A stretch of DNA of 64,000 bases. Origin: Bilabrum cf. latius. Taxonomy: Eukaryota. Below are positions 59,554 to 64,000 of the stretch, piece after piece. Under the pieces are notes generated by a model. The model had not been told where the DNA came from, ran no database searches, and worked only from the letters and a program-made list of their open reading frames with translations. The stretch's first letter is position 1. Every line of letters begins with the position of its first letter. The stretch covers positions 806,001 through 870,000 of the forward strand of contig OZ237751.1 of NCBI GenBank assembly GCA_965178125.1. Direction: 5' to 3'. Both the position numbers and the translations under genes were made by a program.

Positions 59554-62500
59554 ATGCCTACGAGGGAAGCAGTGTCAGTTGTCAAGGGCACATCTGCTGG
59601 AGCTGCTGCGAGGTTGATGAAGTCTCCTGTCGAAGCTGCGGCACCCAACCCGGTCGGAAGCAAGCCGAGCAACGCCGATGAATCCCCGTATGGCGGTAAT
59701 GCTTCGTCAAAATCGCCATGGAACACGGACGGGTTGAGCGTTGCTGCTCTCGCAGCGCTGCACGGCGAGCTCGAGCTGGCTACCGAGTTGGTGTCGAACA
59801 GACACTTCGTCCAGTCACCCGACGGCATGATGGAGGAAGCGAAGCCCGACATCCCCGTGCCGAAATGGCTGCTTCGCGATCGCTCCGGCGCAGCGATCGC
59901 CGCCAGGGTGCGCAGGAGGCAGCAGCTCCTGCAGCCGCTGCTCCATGGAGACATGCAGCCGGCACCCGCCCTGGCAGTGGCACCCGCGCCTGCTGTACAG
60001 CTAGCCTCGGCCTCCCCCGTGCGTCCACGTGCAGGCGGCGGAGCCACTCGCAACGGCGAGACAGGCGGCGCCGCGCACTCTGTGTTCCGCTAGGCCAGGG
60101 GCTGGGCGCTGCTGCGGCGGGCCGTGCTGCAGCCCGGGTGGCTGGCGGAACACGCGGACGGCCTGTGGCCCGGCGCTGTTCCCCGCCCCCCGCGCGGGGG
60201 ACTGGAGCTAACCCTGGAGGTGCCCAAGCGGCTCGCGCCCCCGAAGCCTGCGGAACCGACGGGCGCCGAGGCGGCGCCGCGCAGGCACGGGTCTGGTCCG
60301 GAGGGGTGGCAGGGCACGGCCTGGCTGCAGGTAGGCGGGGGGGACGCAGCCGGCGCATCGCCCACCGCGGGTGGGGACGAGGAGGATGACGATGACGATG
60401 GTGCGGACCTGACGGGGGAGGAGACCCTCTGGACGCCGGAGTCTTGTTCCCCGGAGCATGGCTGGGTGCGGATGCCGCTACGGGTGAGGCGGGGCAAGCG
60501 CCTGCCGGGGGGGCGCGTGGAGCTGAGGCTGTACTCGCCCCCAGGAGGCACGCCCGCCGACGAGCACTGTGCGATTCCCGTCCACTGGCAGGCGCAGGAG
60601 GCGGCGGGCTCCACGGTGGGGCCGAAGGGTGTGACGAGTGCGCAGGACGGGGTCCGCCCGGGGACGGCTGGTTCTGCGGGGTCTGTGCGAGGGTCGTCTG
60701 CGTCTGCCGGCAGGGGCGGGGGCGGGGGCGGCTCCACGGGGCGGGGCGGGGGCGGGTCCGTGCGCGCGGATCCTGACGAGTGGGCGACTGAAGGTGGGTA
60801 CGAGAGCGGGGCCAGCGAGGAGGAGGAGGTGGCGGTGCCCGTGCGGGTGCTGCTGCAGGCGGGTCCGGCGGGCAGAGCTCCGCTGCTGCGCTGCCGCATG
60901 AACGGGCGCGTGGGCGTGGAGGAGCTGGAGGCCTGTCTCGAGGCCAAGGGGAAGGACAGCCTGGCGGGGACGTGGAGGGAACAACAGGCGGGGGCCGTGG
61001 AATCGGAGCTGAAAACCGGCGGGAGAGACAGCAGCCACAGCAACGGCAGCAGCAGCAGCGCCGGCCCGTGGGGAGGCAAGGTGGACGAGGACCAGGGTGA
61101 CACCGACGATGTGACGAGTGTCAGGGAACACATCCAGGGGTCGCGCTCGCTGGTAGGCACCACCCGCGTGGTGGACGTGCTTCAGGTGGGGACGGCACGG
61201 GGTTCATTCCGCTGGCGCGGCTTCCTTCTGGCACCGCCTGTACACGAGGAGTCTCCGGCGGATGCGGCAGCCGCGGCCAATCCCCGGATCCAGTGGCCGT
61301 CCTTCATCCTGAATGACGAGTGGCCCAGCGCCAGGGTGTTGCTGGGGCACAGGGGCAGCGGGCAGGACTCGGCTGCCAGGGTGGCCGCGGGGAGTCCTCC
61401 CCTCGGGTCGATTGCTTCCTCTGCTGCTGGTGCTGATGGCGGGACAGGGACAGGGACAGGGACAGGGGCAGGGGCAGGGATAGGGATAGGGACAGTGACA
61501 GATGCCGCTGCCACTCCCCCGCTGCAGCTCCCCGGGGCAGGCACTGCTGGTCGCAAGGACGTCCCAGCGGGCGTAGAGGCGGAACCGGGGGAATTGCGAT
61601 CCGGTGATGGACACACCGCAGCCGCGGCTGCTGCGGTTCGTGCGAGCCAGAGCCAGAGCATGAGCCACCCCCTCACCGATTCGTCGGGTTTGGTCCAGCG
61701 ACCCTCCCACGCGAAATCGGCCCGCTGGAGGACCCATTTCGCGGAGAATACGCTCACGTCAATCCTGCAGGCAGGTCTTGCGGGCGCCCACGGCGTCGAG
61801 TTCGACGTGCAGCTGACCAAGGACGGCCTGCCCGTGCTCTTCCACGACTCAACGGTACTATTGGAGGGCGGCAGGGTGGTGCCGCTCTCCCACCTCACCG
61901 CCGCAGACCTCGGGATCCGCACTCGTCACACCCAGGGAACAGCGTCCCAGGCGGGGCTGGGGATCGGCAGGCAGGGCAGCAGCCGACTGGCCCTGCCGCT
62001 GCCCAAGCCGGACGCCGCCTGGCTGGCTGCGGGCGGGGCCTCCTGGACCGAGTCGACTAGGCGGGCTGGGGTGGGGCGGCACGGGGGGGACTGGGCCGTG
62101 CCTGCTGCGCCGGGAGTATCGGGTCACGGTGAGGTGCCGCGCGGCGCCAGCGGAACCGGCGGGAGGGCGCGGAGCAAGGGCTCAACGGCGGGATCCTCGG
62201 AGGGCGGGCCGGGGTCCGTGGGGGACAGCGGCAGCGGGGGGGCGGCGGCGGGGGCGGTGCACCAGCGGGGCGTGTCTGGTACGAGCGCCGCGGGGGATAG
62301 CGTGGGCGATGCGCTGGCCGTGGCGGCGCGCGCAGCCGCGTCTCCGGCCTCCCCCGCTGGATCGACGGTTGGCTCGGCATCGGCAACTGGTTCCGAAGGT
62401 GGGGATCCGCCCAGGATCGCGGGGACGGACACAGGAAGGGGTGGCGAAAGTGGCACATCCAGGGAACAGCAGCAGCAGGTCGGAAAGGTCCTGTTCGAGC

Positions 62501-63453
62501 GCCGGGGCAGGGCGGCCACGGCCCCCACGGCAGAGGGCCCGGGACTGAACCGGGACTTGCTGGAGGCGGAGGCCAGGGGGCTGGATACCTCGCTGGCCGA
62601 GGCGGTGGGGGTGCACAGGGGCAGCGAGGGGGAGGTCATGGGAGTCACTTCCTTGGGAGTCACTTCTGGAGGCGGTGCTTCTGCCGAGTTTGGGGGCGGG
62701 GACGATGAGACGGGCAGCGTTGGTGGCCGGTCCACCCGTGGATCGGTGCGGTCCATCTCGCCGCCCCCCGCTACGGGGGCGAGGGCCAGGGGCGTTGGGG
62801 GATCCACCGGTGGATTGGAGCACGCCCACGCGAGCGCCCCTGGCCCGTCCCCCCTGCTGCACGACGGGGGTGTGCCCACCCTCCGCAAGGTCCTCCGCAA
62901 GGTGAGCAAGGAGCAGCTGCTGGACGTAGAGCTAAAGTACCCCACCCACCTCGAGAGCAGCATAGGGTCCGGCAAGGCCGTCGGGGCGCGCCCATGGCCC
63001 AGGGCTGCATACCTCGCCCGGGTGCTGGCGGTGCTGCGGACGCACTGTTCCCCGACGCAGCCCGTGTTCCTCAGCTCGTTCGACTGGAAGCTGTGTGCCC
63101 TTGCGGTGGCCGCGCAGAGGGCGGGGGGGCGCAGACGGTTTCCGGTTTTGCTGCTCACGGAGGCGGGCACGGAGGTGGCCCGTGAGCCCGAGGGGCGGTC
63201 GCTGATGGCGGCGTGCGAGTTCGCCAGCGCGTGGGGCCTGCAGGGCGTGGTGACGCACTGCCGGCCGCTGCTGGCCTTCCCGGAGCTGGCTCGATGGATC
63301 CGTGGGCTGGGGCTGCGGCTGGCCTCGTTCGGCAGCCCCAACAACGGGGCGGCGGCGGTGCGAAAGCAGTTCGAGGCCGGCGTGAGCGTGGTGTGCTGCG
63401 ACCACGTGAGGGAGGTGGTGAGGCGGCTGGCGAGGGACGAGAAACGGGAGTGA
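59554..63453 (+). CDS. Glycerophosphodiester phosphodiesterase (GDE1/GPCPD1-like) with long insertions
   Basis: LGHRGSG, ENTLTS, VEFDVQLTKDGLPVLFHD, VPTL..VL, DVELKYP, FLSSFD, GVSVVCCDHV. N-terminal part joined through TAG 60091. Ends TGA. Confidence 0.9.
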
Positions 63454-63645
63454 GCGGCGCGCCGCGTGGGATCTTCCCCGCCCCAGGAGGTGCGATAGAA
63501 TTGGTTGCGCTTCTAGCATTTGCCAACATGCGTTGTATCGCGTGCTTGAAGAAAACGGAGATTTGTTTGAAGGTTTCAGCCGCAAGGTTCCGCTGGCGGC
63601 GCCAGGCACCTGCTCGCGGCGATTGAGGTGAATCCATTCTGCCAA

Positions 63646-64000
63646 ATGCAGGCATGCTCGTAGAACCACGCAACCTATCGATCCGGTACATCGATTGGTC
63701 AGGATGGTTTTGTGACTAGCAGCGAGTTCGAATATGCATCTGTAGGCTTCGAGAACCAGCTCGAACCTCCGATTCCCGCGGTTGCATCTTTGAATTCCAG
63801 CGTGGGGATCTGCAGCGCAGACCTCTTTGAAGACGGAAGCACCTTGCTGGGTGATTCAAATGCATTTCAAGCAATAGTAAGTCGAGCAAGGAGCGGTGCT
63901 GGAGTCCGCGGGTTTGTCGTGTAGCGGCAACCTAGTCTTGCAACGCGAATCGAACGGTACGCGCGCCCCCCTCCTCTCTCTGTCCGGTCACCGCAGAAGC
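63646..64000 (+). CDS. Possible 5' part of a gene running off the window
   Basis: The frame from ATG 63646 stays open to the window end if 2 TAGs are read through. No recognisable motif. Confidence 0.3.

Noticed and set aside
1-64000. Mass pseudogenisation or C>T hypermutation as the cause of internal stops
   Set aside because: This would also create TAA and TGA (from CAA, CGA) and frameshifts. Only TAG occurs, and catalytic motifs are generally intact.
1-64000. TAG as A-to-I edited Trp, pyrrolysine, or ends of tiny introns
   Set aside because: TAGs sit in poly-Gln and hydrophilic linkers rather than Trp-like sites, no pyl genes are in the window, and frames continue without consistent upstream GT donors.
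1-64000. tRNA (including a CUA-anticodon tRNA) or rRNA genes
   Set aside because: None recognised by eye; tRNAscan-SE would be needed to exclude them.

Overview
GC-rich, gene-dense, intron-poor eukaryotic (protist) nuclear DNA. Its style (short GT-AG introns, long Ala/Gly/Ser insertions in conserved proteins) is reminiscent of bicosoecid stramenopiles such as Cafeteria, but I cannot identify the organism. The main result is a non-standard genetic code. The supplied ORFs are fragments of about 24 larger genes that become continuous when TAG is read as an amino acid, most likely Gln. By hand count there are about 100 in-frame TAGs across 22 of the 24 genes. No in-frame TAA or TGA occurs inside exons, and every complete gene model ends in TGA, so UAG appears uncoupled from UAA. 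Genes recovered with this code: SHIPPO/ODF3-like protein, VPS20, a SET-domain protein with a Cys pentapeptide repeat, VPS36, LRRC57-like protein, a ~2000-aa CLU+TPR protein, a leishmanolysin-like protease, three EF-hand MscS channels, a membrane-anchored cold-shock-domain protein, RWDD3, JmjC, two paralogous membrane proteins, MRS2, two 2OG-Fe(II) oxygenases, a secreted and probably inactive arginine-deiminase homolog, EEF1AKMT1 and a GDPD. The window also has an AT-rich gene-free island beside a ~690-bp (CCAGCA)n array, two 3'-end tandem duplications and apparent gene-conversion tracts. All assignments come from reading motifs by eye; no searches were run.
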